A stretch of DNA of 64,000 nucleotides from Octopus vulgaris (lineage: Eukaryota), in assembly GCA_951406725.2 (NCBI GenBank), contig OX597822.1:23064001-23128000 (forward strand). Reading direction: 5' to 3'. Below the pieces are notes generated by a model. It was given only the letters and a program-made list of their open reading frames with translations, was not told where the DNA came from and did not search any database. A program made the translations under genes and the position numbers. How positions within the stretch are numbered: position 1 is the stretch's first letter; every line of letters begins with the position of its first letter. Below, in pieces: positions 14,017-27,228 of the stretch.

Positions 14017-14172
14017 CTGGAATGCCCAGACATTGCTGTCAGCTCCTTTCACATCTAAAATAACTTGTTCACTTGCGGCAGGCAAAGTGTGAGGATCACT
14101 TGATTGTTTTGATAGGTTATCCATAACTTCTTTTAAATGTGTAATCTCAGTTAAAAGGCTTATTTCCCATTC
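14017..14172 (-). CDS. MTSS1: MTSS1-like internal exon (156 bp), end of IMD
   Basis: tttcttttccag|GAA TGG...TTC CAG|gtgaga. Translation EWEISLLTEITHLKEVMDNLSKQSSDPHTLPAASEQVILDVKGADSNVWAFQ resembles DPHKLPSSSEQVILDLKGSD. Confidence 0.95.
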
Positions 14173-14432
14173 CTGGAAAAGAAAAAGTAGACAAAATTTT
14201 AAAAAAAATATTGAAAAAAAGTAAAGAAAATAAAACTGAAAAAAATATATAGGCGTGGCTGTGTGGTAAGAAGCTTGCTTCCCAACCACATGGTTCTGGT
14301 TTCAGTCTTCCTGCATGTACCTTGGGCAAGTGTCTTCTACTATAGCCTAGAGTTGACCAGAGCCTTGTGACTGGATTCGGTAGATGGAAACTGAAAGAAA
14401 CCTGTGTGAGTGTGTGTGTATACACACACACA

Positions 14433-15276
14433 CAGCGGGTGCAATGGGTAAATTGTCCCCATTTTATATTTTTTATTTTGTGCATTGTTTGTTTTTGATT
14501 TTGTCAACTGCATAGTATAGTAGGGTCAGTTGGGTACCATCTGTGAGAAAAACAGTACCATGACAGGATTTACTCTGCCAGAAATTTGGAAACAACATGC
14601 TGTACTATTTGGCATTCGTACCGGAAGCTCCAATATGAACATTTCACAGTGTTGGGCGTCAATCTGAGGACATGTACCAAGAGTGATAAAAATCAAACAT
14701 CCACTCAACATCATGGTGTTTGTAGTGATCACTAGTGATGGTAACATTATGCCTCTGTTCATCTTCCCACATGGCCTCAGATTCAACAGAGAGGCCTATA
14801 TCAAGTGCCTGAAGGAGGTTGTGCTGCCCTGGGTCAAAAGAGTGGCTGCTGGAAGACCCTATGTCTGGCAACAGGATTCTGCACCATGCCACACAAGCAG
14901 AAGAACCCAGTCATGGCTATCAGACAATTTCTGCAACCATATCAACCCTAACATCTGGCCACCTAACTCCCCAGACTGCAACCCTCTTGATTATTATGTG
15001 TGGGGCACAGTTGAGCGAGAGACCAACAAAACTGAAGGCAAAGATTATGACAGTATTCACCAATTTAAACAAGGTAGACCGTCCAGAAGAGTTGCAGGAG
15101 ATTCCGAAGTCATCTGGAGGGTGTGCCTGAAGCCAATGGCGATTTTATCGAATAAATATACTCTTTAGTATTTCAAGATATTCTTATGTAATTTTGGTAA
15201 ATATATCTGTTAAAATGAGATGTTAGTGTTATTTTCATTTCTGCGTAATTTAGACAACAGCTTATTCACCACAACC

Positions 15277-15278
<2 letters not shown>
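14433..15278 (+). mobile_element. Internally deleted DD37D (maT-type) Tc1/mariner element, copy 1
   Basis: ORF 14683..15168 contains YVWQQDSAPCH...WPPNSPDCNPLDYYVWG, with 37 residues between the second and third catalytic Asp. Imperfect TIRs. Homologous to 19683-20936. Confidence 0.9.
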
Positions 15279-15328
<50 letters not shown>

Positions 15329-15425
15329 ACGGGAAGGTTTACGAAAATAAACAAAAGATGAAGGCAGGTGGAGTACAAACAAACAATTGTATTAGTATGG
15401 CTCTCAGGAATAGAAATAAAACAAG

Positions 15426-15463
15426 TCTTTTACGTTTCGAGCCTACGCTCTTCGACAGAAAGA
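15426..15463 (-). ncRNA. Minimal type-I hammerhead ribozyme motif (A6U variant)
   Basis: Minus strand: TCTTT-CTGTCGA-A-GAGC-GTAG-GCTC-GAAA-CG-TA-AAAGA. 5-bp stem I, 4-bp stem II, palindromic ACGT helix III, GUA triplet. Confidence 0.6.
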
Positions 15464-16300
15464 TACACAGAAAAGAAACAACATAACACTAACCACTTCA
15501 CAGAGTGTACTTGGTGCTTTTTACATGGCACCAGCAGCAGTGAAGTCACCACATAACTTGCAAGACAGGACTCCGCAACAGATGTGTAAAAGCAGTATTG
15601 AGGGACAGTATTGAGGTGAGTGTTTTGATACTGTATGGTAACTGTAAATGAGTGTCACCATCATACAACTGGGGTCATTTGTTTCCAATCTTCAGTGAAA
15701 ACATGTCTGGTGAGGAGGAAACGTTTGTTCTTTAAAACACTGTGTTTTCTTTGTAAACTATCCATACATACTTTTGAAATGTCTGCAGTAAAATTTCTCC
15801 AATGTTTCATAGAACTTTTAGGATTAACAGACCATTATTTTCCTTTATCAAACTAGATTTTTAGCTGATATTTCCACATTGGGAATACTGTACCAACCAC
15901 AGCTTTGTGAGTGGATTTGGTAGACAGACAACATAAAAAGAAACCCTTTGTGTGTGTGTGTGTGCGTGCACGTGTGTTTGAGACTATCTACTTGCCTTAA
16001 CATTGCCTGAGAGTTGTAAATGAGAGGCACCAACACCCAGGCAGTATCCTTTGTTTCCAATCATCTGTGAAAATATGTCTAGCTATGGAGCTAATGTTAC
16101 TTTACTTGAAAGCAGGTGAGTGTTAGCAACAGGAAAGGCATCCAGCAGTGGAAATTTTGTTTCAGTGATTCCTGTCTGACCCATACGAGCATGGGGAAAA
16201 GGCAAACATTAAAACAAGGATGATAATGATTGTATGAATGAATAAAAAAAAAAGGAATAGGCAAAACGAATAAAAAAAAAAAAAGAAGAAAAGAACTTAC

Positions 16301-16458
16301 CACAAACGGCTTAAAACAAGTAACAAACATACAAAATCTACTCCGTTCCTCAATCAATGCTGTCCGCACAGCATTCTTTTCAGTCTCCTCTAGTACCAAG
16401 TATTTATCATTCACGTCTTGCAGAGCACTCTCCAGTCTACTTTGAATATCGGACTTTC
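16301..16458 (-). CDS. MTSS1: MTSS1-like internal exon (158 bp)
   Basis: cattttag|GA AAG TCC...TTT GTG|gtaagt. Translation (G)KSDIQSRLESALQDVNDKYLVLEETEKNAVRTALIEERSRFCMFVTCFKPFV, contained in ORF 16097..16549. Confidence 0.96.
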
Positions 16459-16938
16459 CTAAAATGGCCAGAGAAAGAAAGAAACAGAAGGAAAAATATA
16501 ATTTAGATTTTCTATATATGTAAAAAAAAAAAAGATAACACAAAAACATTTGATAACCAATTATGAATTAGTCCATAATTCATTAATAAAGTTTCTTACA
16601 TAAGCATGGTGGTAATGGTGATGGGGCAATTACATCAACCCCAGTACTTGACTGGTACTTATTGACCCAGAAAGGATGAACAGCAAAATCAACTGGGTGG
16701 GGGAAATTGATTACATTGGCCCAGTGCTCAACTGGTACTTATTTTATCAACCCCAAAAAGATGAAAGGTAACATCTTAGAATAGTAATAATCCTTTCTAC
16801 TATAGGCACAAGGCCTGAAATTTATGGGGAGGGGACAAATCGATTACATCGACCCCAGTGTTTCACTGGTTCTTATTTTATTAACCCCAAAAAGATGAAA
16901 GGCAAAGACCTTGGTGGAATTTGAATTCAGAATGTGAA

Positions 16939-17118
16939 TACAGTTCTATATTTAAGAGATGAGGAATTATGTACATTATTTACATTTGATGGATATTTGT
17001 TGAACCTGGGATCAAAATTTCCCCAAGACACCTGATGAAGGCTGGAGGGTATATGAGCCGAAACATTGTGTTAACAACAAACAAGATGAGGACAAATATC
17101 CGTCAAATGTAAATAATG
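16939..17118 (+). mobile_element. 180-bp Penelope-like insert with inverted repeat and hammerhead motif
   Basis: Flanked by a 13-bp duplication TTCAGAATGTGAA (16926-16938 and 17119-17131). Internal 28-bp inverted repeat with 1 mismatch. Hammerhead core at 17028-17071. Confidence 0.7.
17028..17071 (+). ncRNA. Minimal type-I hammerhead ribozyme motif
   Basis: ACAC-CTGATGA-A-GGCT-loop-AGCC-GAAA-CA-TT-GTGT. Stem I ACAC/GTGT, stem II GGCT/AGCC. Helix III reads ACAT, probably from ACGT by CpG decay. Confidence 0.65.
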
Positions 17119-17807
17119 TTCAGAATGTGAAGATGGATGAAATACCACTAAGCATTTTGTATGGTGTGCTAATGATTCTGCCAGCTTGCCATAGTAATAA
17201 TAATAATAACAATGTTCCTTTTTATTTTGGCACAAGGCCAGTAATTTTGAGGGGCAAAGAAGTCAATTGCATTACCACCTAGTATTCAATTATTTTATTG
17301 ACCCCAAAAGGATGACAGGCAAATTTGACCTTGGCAGAATTCAAACTCAGAATGCAAAGATGGATGAAATGCCGTTGAGCATTTTATCCAGTGTACTAAC
17401 ATATTTGCAAGCATGCTGTGTAGTTGTGAAGTTCACTTTACAGCTATAAGTGGTTTTGGATTTGATTTCCACTTTGCAACACTGTGGTTAAGTGCCTTCC
17501 AATGTAGCCTCAGGTCAAGCAATACTTTGTGAGCAAAATTTGAAAGATAGAAAATGTCTGGAAGCCTCTATGTGCTTGTATTGTTAAGAAGTTGACTTCC
17601 CAACCATATGGCTTTGGGACCAACCCTACTACACAAAACACCCAGTAAAATTTGTTGTTCAACTATAGTTCCCAGGGTCGACCAAAGCCTTGTGAGTGAA
17701 TTTGGTAGACATAACAACCACAATAACTGGTTTGGAAATAAATATTGATTAAAAAAATCATCCATTAAACATCTATTTTAAAATATCAAAAAAACTCTGA
17801 GTGTGTG

Positions 17808-17933
<126 letters not shown>

Positions 17934-17954
17934 GTTGTGCATGTTTGTACTGAC

Positions 17955-18029
17955 CCTTTTTCACTTTTTTCTGCAACCGTATTGTATCTGCTGCACACTT
18001 TTTAATTTCTTGACTAGCTTTTTTGTATT
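17955..18029 (-). CDS. MTSS1: MTSS1-like internal exon (75 bp)
   Basis: tatttccag|AA TAC AAA...AAG G|gtcagt. Translation (E)YKKASQEIKKCAADTIRLQKKVKK(G) corresponds to the basic I-BAR tip, recalled human EYKKARQEIKKKSSDTLKLQKKAKKG. Confidence 0.95.
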
Positions 18030-18478
18030 CTGGAAATAGAAATAAAGAGTGTTAGAACCATCAAGAGCAAGATTATTGTTTGAAAGTAAGAAACATAAGA
18101 AAGAGCTGATATAAATATTATGAGAATAATTTAGGTATCAACAGCAGATGCTTAGAGAAATCGTCAGATTTATTTTCAGGATCCGTAAACTGCCAAACCT
18201 AAAAAACAAAAAATGTGATCGACTATGCAGTTGGAGAAAAAATAGTAGAGCATTAATGTATTGTAAAACTGAAAAATCCACTTCTTTCTTAATAAAAATT
18301 CCATTAAATTTTATATGTATAGGCATGGCTGTATGGTTCAGAAGTAAGCCTATTGACCACGTAGTTTGAGGTTCAATCCAACTGTATGGCACCTTGGACA
18401 AGTATCTTTTACTGTAGCTACTGGCTACATGAGCTAATTTGGTGGACAGAAAGATGAAGAAGCCTGTGTGAATATATG

Positions 18479-18519
<41 letters not shown>

Positions 18520-18985
18520 GTTTTCTTGTCTTGAGAGTGTGTGATAGTTGTAAATGAGTGTCACTGTCATGTAAGTGGTGTCCTTAATTTCCAGTCTTCT
18601 GGGCATGAAGAAATATTACCTTACATGCAAACAGGTGAGGACTGACAATAATACGGACACCTGGCTATAGAAAATCTACCTCAACAAATTCCATACGAGC
18701 ATAGTAAAGTGGAAGTTAAAACAATGATGATGACAGTGTGAGTATATACACATACGTGCGCACCTGCACACACACACACATAATGCTAATTTAAAATACA
18801 TTCCGTCTATGGCCATAACTTTTGGCATGTATAGTCTCTTGTCTGGTCTAATGCAAGAATAAAGTCAATATTAGATATTGTTAGCAAACTGTATAAGTAG
18901 GATTGGTAATAAATATAAACTGACCTATCTCAAGCCATCTATTTGTTTCTACTGAAAGATCTATGCAGTTGTGTGTGTGTGTATG

Positions 18986-19029
<44 letters not shown>

Positions 19030-19682
19030 AGAGGGAGAGAGAGAGATCAGGATTACCAGTTGTGTATCAGTTTCTAGATGGCAGTTTACCAGTTTTAAAG
19101 AAAATCCCCTGAACTGGTGAGGAAATCTTCAGGATTGCTCAATCTGTTACAAATAATAGCCCACCCTCCTTGGAAAAAATAAGGACTTATTGGAATGACA
19201 TAGGGAAGCATGTGGCTTAGTGGTTAAAAGTACTTGGTTTGTGATTGTAAGCATGTGGGTTCAATCCCTGGGCAAGACATTTCATTTCATGTTGCTCCAG
19301 TCTGTAAATATGTACCAAACAGATACTGGTGCAGCTCTCTTTCCTTCCAACTATCACAAGTGCTAGCTTGTGTCTATGCTTGCTCTCAACTACTCAGGCA
19401 CCTAAAAGAATTAGTGAAAGCATGGTACATGCTACTAAGCCATACTCACTTGTGAGTGAAGGCTGAGCATAATTATTGGATAATACAGTCTTAAATACTC
19501 TATATCAAATAAATAAATAAATGTAACAGAATAAATAAAAGGCCCACATGATCACAATTGGAATGCTTATAATAATTATAGGCCTCTGCTAAAAGGACTG
19601 TCCTAGGGCTAAACAACAAGAACAGTTCAGTGTTGTTCCAGTTGTCATAAGAGCTTTACATGCAATTTGTTTGTTTTATACA

Positions 19683-20936
19683 CAGGGTGCGAGAGGTAAA
19701 CTGTTGCCATTGCGAAAACCTGTTGAAGCAAGTGAAATCGAAATCGATCAAAAATCAATGGAAATTGCAGTTGTGATACCAGTGCCGGTGGCATGTAAAA
19801 GAACCATGCGAACGTGGCTGATGCCAGCGCCGCTTCGACTGGCCTCTGTGCAGGTGGCATGTAAAAAGCACCAACCGATTATGGCCGTTGCCAGCCTCAT
19901 CTGGCACCTGTGCCGGTGGCACGTAAAAAGCACCCACTACACTCACGGAGTGGTTGGCGTTAGGAAGGGCATCCAGCTGTAGAAACACTACCAGATCAGA
20001 CTGGGCCGACCTGGTGCAGCCTCCTGGCTTCCCAGACCTCAGTCGAACCGTCCAACCCATGCTAGCATGGAAAGCGGACGTTAAATGATGATGATGATGA
20101 TGATGAATTTCATGCATGCACATTATTTTTTATTTGGTTGACTACAAAGTATAGTAGGGTCAACTGGGCACTGTCTGTGACGAAAATAGCACCATGATGC
20201 AATTCACTCTGCCAGAAATTTGGAAATAACAAGCTGTACTGCTTGGTATTTGCACCAGAAGATCCAATACGAACATTTCAGAGTGTTGGGAGTATCAATC
20301 TGAGGAAATGTACCAAGAGTAATAAAAATCAAACATCCAGTCAACATCATAGTGTTTAGAGTGATCACTAGTGATGGTAACATTATGCCTCTGTTCATCT
20401 TCCCACATGGCCTCAGATTCAACATGGAGGCCAACATCAAGTGCCTGAAGGAGGTAGTTCTGCTCTGGGTCAAGAGGGTGGCTGCTGGAAGACCTTATGT
20501 CTGGCAACAGGATTCTGCACCATGCCACACAAGCAGAAGAACCCAGTCATGGCCATCAGACAATTTCTGTGACCCCATCACCCCTAACATCTAGCCACCT
20601 AACTCCCCAGACTGCAGCCTCCTTGATTATTATGTGTGGGGCACAGTTGAGTGAGAGACCAACAAAACTCCTTGTAACACCAAAGATGAACTGAAGGCAA
20701 GGATTATGGCAGCATTGAATAACTTAAAGAAAGAGACCATCCAGAAGAGTTGCAGAAGATTCCCAAATCATCTGAAGGCCGTGCTCGAAGCCAATGACGA
20801 TTTTATTGAATAAATTTACTCTTTAGTATTTTAAGCTATTTTTATGTAATTTTGGCAAATATATCTGTTAAAATGAGATGTTAGCATTATTTTCATTTTT
20901 GTGTAATTTAGATGACAATTTATTCCCCACACCCAG
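19683..20936 (+). mobile_element. Internally deleted DD37D (maT-type) element, copy 2, interrupted by a SINE
   Basis: Same transposase remnant (ORF 20352..20594, ending at an in-frame stop). The left end CAGGGTGCGAGAGGTAAACTGT at 19683 is separated from the body by an insert at ~19712-20105. Confidence 0.87.
19712..20105 (+). mobile_element. Retroposon family C with (GAT)n tail (SINE or LINE 3' end)
   Basis: GTGGTTGGCGTTAGGAAGGGCATCCAGCTGTAGAAA...GCATGGAAAGCGGACGTTAAA(TGA)n. Other copies at ~25377-25850 -, 34090-34403 +, 47853-48148 -, 48568-48760 -, 54650-54850 + and 63897-64000 +. Confidence 0.8.
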
Positions 20937-21181
20937 TATATGTGTATGTATACGCGCACGCACACACACAATCTACTTTTTACAATCTATTTGTCACATA
21001 ATTTATTTTTATCTATGTTGATTGAGATAAGTAAGCAGAGTCAAGTTGTGTGACTTAATTAAGAGCGGACTATAATACCAAATGTAGGTTTTGAAATCAT
21101 GACTTTTGAATCACTGACCCAAGGCAGTGAGCAATCAATCAATCAACCATTCAATTAATCAATATGTGAAAATGAATATAC

Positions 21182-21273
21182 CTTTTGCATGTTCTTTGTC
21201 CAAATGTGCCACATTACGTTTCCACTCTTCCATCTTCTCTTGTAAAGGTGCAACAAGATTTTCAGTTATAGTA
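21182..21273 (-). CDS. MTSS1: MTSS1-like internal exon (92 bp)
   Basis: tttttacag|T ACT ATA...GCA AAA G|gtatat. Translation (S)TITENLVAPLQEKMEEWKRNVAHLDKEHAK(E) matches the IMD motif PLQEQMEEWKK..LDKDHAKE. Phase is compatible with both neighbours. Not in the ORF track. Confidence 0.95.
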
Positions 21274-21829
21274 CTGTAAAAAAGATGAAGATTAAACATT
21301 AGAGCCACATGTACTCACAGAAAAACTGAAGAAAACTGAACTTTAAGCATGGCAACATGTAACGGACAAACAAATGGTAATACAGAGTCTTGGTATCAGA
21401 ACCGGTCCATGAAGGCACCGAATATTATCTTTGACTTGATTCAGTCATTAGAGTGCAGCCATGCAAGGGCACTGCCGTGAAGGATATTTTTTAGTTAAAT
21501 GAATTGACCCCATTACTTATTTTCTAAGCTTGGTACTTATACTATTGATCTCTTTTGCTGAACTTCTAAGTCACAGGGACGTAAACACATCAACACTGGC
21601 TGTCATGCAATGATGGGGGACAAAGAAACACACAGAGACAATTTCAGTGTCTGTCTACCAAACCCACTCACAAGGTTTTAGTCATCTTTAAGGCTATAGT
21701 AGAAGACACTTGCCCAAGGTGCCACACAGATGGACTGAACCCAGAGCCATGTGGTTGGGAAGCAAGCTTCTTATCACACAGCCATTTGTCTAACATGTCC
21801 AACTAAACTTAAAGATCTACCACATCAAG

Positions 21830-22785
21830 TAGAAAGGATACACGTTATAAATAGCATGAGGGCAACAAACTCGGAAATTTGCACAAGACTTCAACAATCA
21901 ATTGAAATGAAAGTTCACTGAACATGCCGCTATATCCATGAGAGGGAGATGAGAATTCCTCAGTGAAACTGTTTATAACACAGTCATGTGATCCTTTAGA
22001 AAGAAGAGAAGTTAAGGTCGGTTTGAATCCATCCTCTTTGAGATGGAACCTGTCATCACCAGCATGGCAGAACTTAGCATCATACCATGGAATGGTCTAG
22101 TTAGGGCTTCGATAAAACAAAGATTCACCGGAAAGGAACTTTGGTGCAGAGAAAACAGTAAGAAGCAGTGCTCAAAGGACAACTAGATGCTGCCAAACAA
22201 TTACTGGTAGAATATGTATCTAAACATCCAGTCCATACTGTGTTGACAGTGACAATATCTAAGGGATAAAGAAAACCTTTGGGGCTCACCACCAGTAAGA
22301 TTGATCCTCTGAAGTCCAAGGACAATGTATTATTTATCAGGAATCATATTAACAGAGAAGAGGGCTGAATATTACCAAAACTTGTCCTTCATTGATAGGA
22401 CGGTCAATGAATCTGCCCTCATTAGCATTCAAGCTCAATCTGTCATGAATTACATTATTTTTTTCCTGAATGATGAATCCAATGAGCCCCAACAACTTGT
22501 TTGCTTATGGTAAGGCACCAGGCAGAAATAATTCAGTAAGGGAAACCATGCTACTGAGTCATCTTCATGAGCTACCCTGAAAGTGCTGGGAGTAAGGACC
22601 AGTTCCTAAGGACATGTGAGATGTAAACATCACACTGTACATGAAAAAGAGAGACCACCACAACTGTAACACTTACAGAAGCATCTCCCTGCTCAATATC
22701 ATGCGCAAGATTTTTTTTTTTTGCTGAAGTAGTTCTAAACAGGCTACACGCACTTGTAGAGTGTATCTACCATGAGCCCCAAGGT
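21830..22785 (+). mobile_element. Degraded RTE-like LINE ORF2 fragment
   Basis: KAPG (~22512), VPKDM*DVNI..LY.KK.D..NCNTYRSISLLNIMRKI (~22602-22712), matching the RT domain-1 motif C.NYRGISLL. The 5' boundary is approximate. Confidence 0.7.
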
Positions 22786-23636
22786 AAAGAAAGACTTGAG
22801 AGTTCAATTTTCCAGTGCTATATTCAAAGCAAAACTGTGCCAAGGTGAGAAGAGGTGGAGAGAGAGTGAGAGAGAGAGGTCAGTGTCACAGTCTATTGTG
22901 GTTCACCTTGAGCCCTTCTTTCAGTGAATGTATAAATGGTGGAAACCCTGAGGTAGAATGTCAACCCAGAACATGAAGAACTGAAACAAATACCAAAAAG
23001 TGTATTTTGTCTGACATTCTAAGAATTCTGACAATTTGTTACTCTGAACTGATACATTATTTATTGACTCTGGAAAAACAAAAGGTAAAGTTGACTTTAG
23101 TGGGATTTGAACTCAGAGAACAAAGAACCACAACAAATATCACAAACCATTCTATTCAATAATCTAATGACTGCAAATTCACCACTTTTCCATTATTTGT
23201 ATCATTAACATTGATCTCTGATTTAGGCAGAAGGGCCAGCAATTTTTAAGGAAGAGGGTTAATCAATACCATCAGGCCCATTTACTTAAAACTGGTCCTT
23301 TGTTTCACTGACCCTTGAAAGAACAAAGGGTAAAGTTAACCTCAACAGGATTTGAAATCAGAATGTAAAGAGTTGGAAGAAATACTGTAAAGATTTTCTT
23401 TTCTAGTGCTCAAACAATTCTGCCAACTTGCTGCTCTAATAATATAGGTTTCAAATTTTGGCACAAGGCCAGCAATTTCAGGGGAGGGGTAAGTTGATTA
23501 CATCAACTCCAGTGCTTAACTGATATTTATTTAATCAACCTTGAAAGAATGAAATGCAAAGTCAATCCCAGTAGAACTTGAACTCAGAACGTAAAGAAAT
23601 GCTGCTAAGCATTTTGCCTGGTCTGCTAACGTTTCT

Positions 23637-24052
23637 TATTTCTTTACTGCCCATAAGGGGCTACACACAGAGGGGACAAACAAGGACAGACAAACGGATT
23701 AAGTCAATTACATCGACCCCAGTGCATAATTGGTACTTATTTAATCGACCCCGAAAGGATGAAAGGCAAAGTTGACCTCAGTGGAATTTGAACTCAGAAC
23801 GTAACGGCAGACGAAATACCTATTTCTTTACTACCCACAAGGGGCTAAACACAGAGAGGACAAACAAGAGCAGACAAACAGATTAAGTCAATTACATTGA
23901 CCCCAGTGTGTAATTGGTACTTATTTAATCGACCCCGAAAGGATGAAAAGCAAAGTCAACCTCGGCGGAATTTGAACTCAGAATGTAATGGCAGACGAAA
24001 TACCGCAAAGCATTTTGCCCGGCATGCTAACGTTTCTGCCAGCTCGCCGCCT
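23637..24052 (-). mobile_element. SINE family B with a tandemly duplicated 184-bp 3' part
   Basis: Minus-strand head GGCGGCGAGCTGGCAGAAACGTTAGCATGCCGGGC..TTCTGAGTTCAAATTCCGCC. Segments 23637-23820 and 23821-24004 are near-identical. Many older copies lie at 3.4-3.8, 7.7-8.4, 16.6-17.4, 23.0-23.6, 56.4-57.8 and 63.2-63.9 kb. Confidence 0.82.
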
Positions 24053-25850
24053 TAATCTGTATAATTGTTATTAAAGTAGAATATATACCAATAAGAAATG
24101 ATCTGATAATCTTTTTTCGTACTAATTAGCAAAACATAAATAAATGAGTAATAATTAAATGAAAACCAACAACACAGACATCAAATAAATTAATAAAAGA
24201 TAAAGTTTAATGATGACTGAATGATAAAGATATTCATACTAATGATGTTTGTGATAAAATTAGAAGAAAAAAAGAAAAAAAAAAAACTAACCAAAAATAT
24301 ATAGAAAAATTCAAAAGAAAACCAAACAACAGCCATCATTAAGTTATGTAATAAATGTTACTTATATGATAAGTATAATGAGTGTGTGTGAGATAGTGTG
24401 TGTGTGTGTTGTGTGCTTGTGTGTATGAGAAACAAATGTTAATTGCTGATGAAAAATATTGAAGTAATTTTGCCAAAGAATTCTTTAGAAAAATCTTATA
24501 GATAAATAAAATAATATTTAGCAGTCTCTATGAGGTGTTGAAACTGCTAAGAGCAACAACCAAACCATCCTCAGATCAAATACTAACATTTAAATAGTAA
24601 AGAAAAAAAAAAAAGAGAGAGAGAGAGAGAAAGAGCAAGTTGACTACCATGACTGGTGATGCTGTTGATCAAACTTGCTTGATCAGGGCTAACCTGGGGC
24701 TAAACAACAATTGCAATAACAGCCACAGAAACACTGACACTAAGAACTTGTTCTTTTACTAGTTTCAGTCATTGGACAGCAGCCACGCTGGAACACTGCA
24801 TTTTAGGATTCTAATCAATTACATTGACCTCATTATTCTATTGAACCTCCACCAGAAGAATGAGAAGGAAAGTAGGCCTCAGCTGGATTTGAACTCTGAA
24901 CATAAAGAGATATAACCAATTACAAAATATTTTGTTGGGTGTTCTATCAATTTCTAACATCTACCTGCGATGCCAAAGTATAATTTAAAAATAAACAAAA
25001 GAAACACAGGAAGGAGAAAAGTGCACCAGGCTACAAATAAGCTGTGATTAGAGTAATAACATAACTATTCATTCTTTATACATTCTGTTAGATTTTCAAC
25101 ATGAATAAAAGGCTGATTGCTGATGTTATTTGTCACTGAAGAATGTCTCCTGCATTTAGATAATGTGTGTCCACAACATGCAATTCATAGATATAAGGAG
25201 ACTTTAAGCACAGCAGTGTTTTGACCTTGTTGTTTTTTTTTTCACTTCAGTCAAAGCTACCTCTCCATAGTAATAGGCCCAAGAAGATTATTGGCTCTTG
25301 TTTATAGAAATCAGCGAATTGCTTGCTGTCTGCCAAACTGATATTAATTCATGAAGCACATGTAGAATGGTAAGAATCATCATCATTGTTTTACGTCCGC
25401 TTTCTATGCTAGCATGGGTTGGACAATTTGACTGAGGTCTGGCGAACCAGATGGCTACACCAGACTCTAATCTGACCTGGCAGAGTTTCTACAGCTGGAT
25501 GCCCTTCCTAATGCCAACCATTCCGAGAGTGTAGTGGGTGCTTTTACGTGCCACTGGCACGAGGGCCAGTCAGGCGGTACTGGCAACGGCCATGCTCAAA
25601 TGGTGCTTTTTCGTGCCACCTGCACAGGAGCCAGTCCAGTGGCACTGGCAACGACCTCACTTGAATGTTTTTTCATGTGCCACCAGCACAAGTGCCAGTA
25701 AGGTGACACAGTTAACGATCACACTCAAATGGTGCTTTTTATGTGCCATTGGCAAGGAGGCAAGCTTGTTGCTCTGGTAACGATCATGCGCGTATGGTAC
25801 TCTCAGCTGTCCACTAGCATGGATGCCAGTTATCGAATTTGATTTCGAAT

Positions 25851-26175
25851 GTCTGGCACTCCACTGATTATGATGACGGGGGTTCCAGTTGATCCAACCA
25901 ATAGAACAGTCTGCTCATGAAATTAATGTGCAAGTGGCTGAGCACTCCACAAACGTGTACCCTTAATGTAGTTCTTAGGGAGATCCAGCGTGACACAGGA
26001 TGTGACAAGGCTGGCCCTTTGAAATACAGGCATTATTCATTCTTGCCAGCTGAGTGGACTGGAGAAACATGAAATAAAGTGTCTTGCTCAAGGACACAAC
26101 GTGCTGTCAGGAATTGAACTCACGGCTTTACGATCATGAGCCGAATATCACTCACCCCTAAGCCATGCACCTTCA
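25851..26175 (-). mobile_element. tRNA-derived SINE, family D
   Basis: Minus head GAAGGTGCATGGCTTAGGGGTGAG..GTGAGTTCAATTCC..GTGTCCTTGAGCAAGACAC. Homologs at 40543-40872 (-) and 59928-60235 (+). Confidence 0.75.
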
Positions 26176-26368
26176 CAATAATGTATCTATTCATTATCAA
26201 TATATTCTGGCAGATTTGAGCACTCCACAGACATGTGTGCCCTTAACATAGTTCTCAAGAAGATTCAGTGCTATAGTGGAAGACACTTGCCCAAGGTTCT
26301 ACACAGTGGGATTTGAACCATGTGGCTGGGAAGCAAACTTCAAACATCTTACCACACAGCCATACCTG

Positions 26369-26452
<84 letters not shown>

Positions 26453-26822
26453 AAAGCAGAGGCATGTCGATGCTCTCAACCTATCAGTAAATAGTTTCTC
26501 AGCAGATATGATGTAAACATATAGTTGTGTTAATGTGAATGCAGTGTTTAGTCTATAAAAAAACAAAACAAAAAAAAAGGCAATGTATGAAGGTGGCAGC
26601 CTATAATAGCTAACACACAGACAGAAGGAGAAAGGCAGTAACAACAGCTATTCTAGTGTAGAGGGTATATCACTGCTTGGCTGGTTTCTGGAAGTTAGCT
26701 AAGTTTTGGCTTTCTTTTTCTTCCCGTAACTTCTGAATTAGTTAACCATCTGTTTAGAAATATATTTTGTTTTACCTATTTTTAAAGAATTACAGCAACA
26801 TTTACTTCAAATATAGGTAAGG

Positions 26823-26882
<60 letters not shown>

Positions 26883-27008
26883 CTAAACAGATGTTTAACT
26901 GGTTCAAAGGAACTGAAGGAATCAGCTGAGCAACACCCTTTTATTACCATGTTTCTAAGGAAATGTGCAGCGTTCATCGTTGTCATCATTATCTTCATAA
27001 TTGTTTAA

Positions 27009-27228
27009 CCCTTTCGTTACTGTATTTATTTTGAGATGCTCTGTGTTTCTTTCAATTACTTTGAATATAACAAAGAATTTAGTAAAATAACTTAATTATC
27101 ATTCAGCTAGTGTTAGGAACATAAATTGTGACTAAGGTTTGGTGGAAGATTTTAATTCAAAACTTATGAAAACAAGACATTTGTACTTAGATCCAGAGCT
27201 GGTTTCAGCCGGGTTGGTAACAAAAGGG
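27009..27228. mobile_element. TTAA-flanked ~220-bp MITE (piggyBac-like)
   Basis: TTAA|CCCTTTCGTTAC ... GTAACAAAAGGG|TTAA. Five further highly similar copies lie in the window. Confidence 0.88.

Noticed and set aside
14683-15168. 161-aa transposase ORF as a functional gene
   Set aside because: Lacks the DNA-binding domain and first catalytic Asp because of the internal deletion, and the C-terminus is frameshifted.
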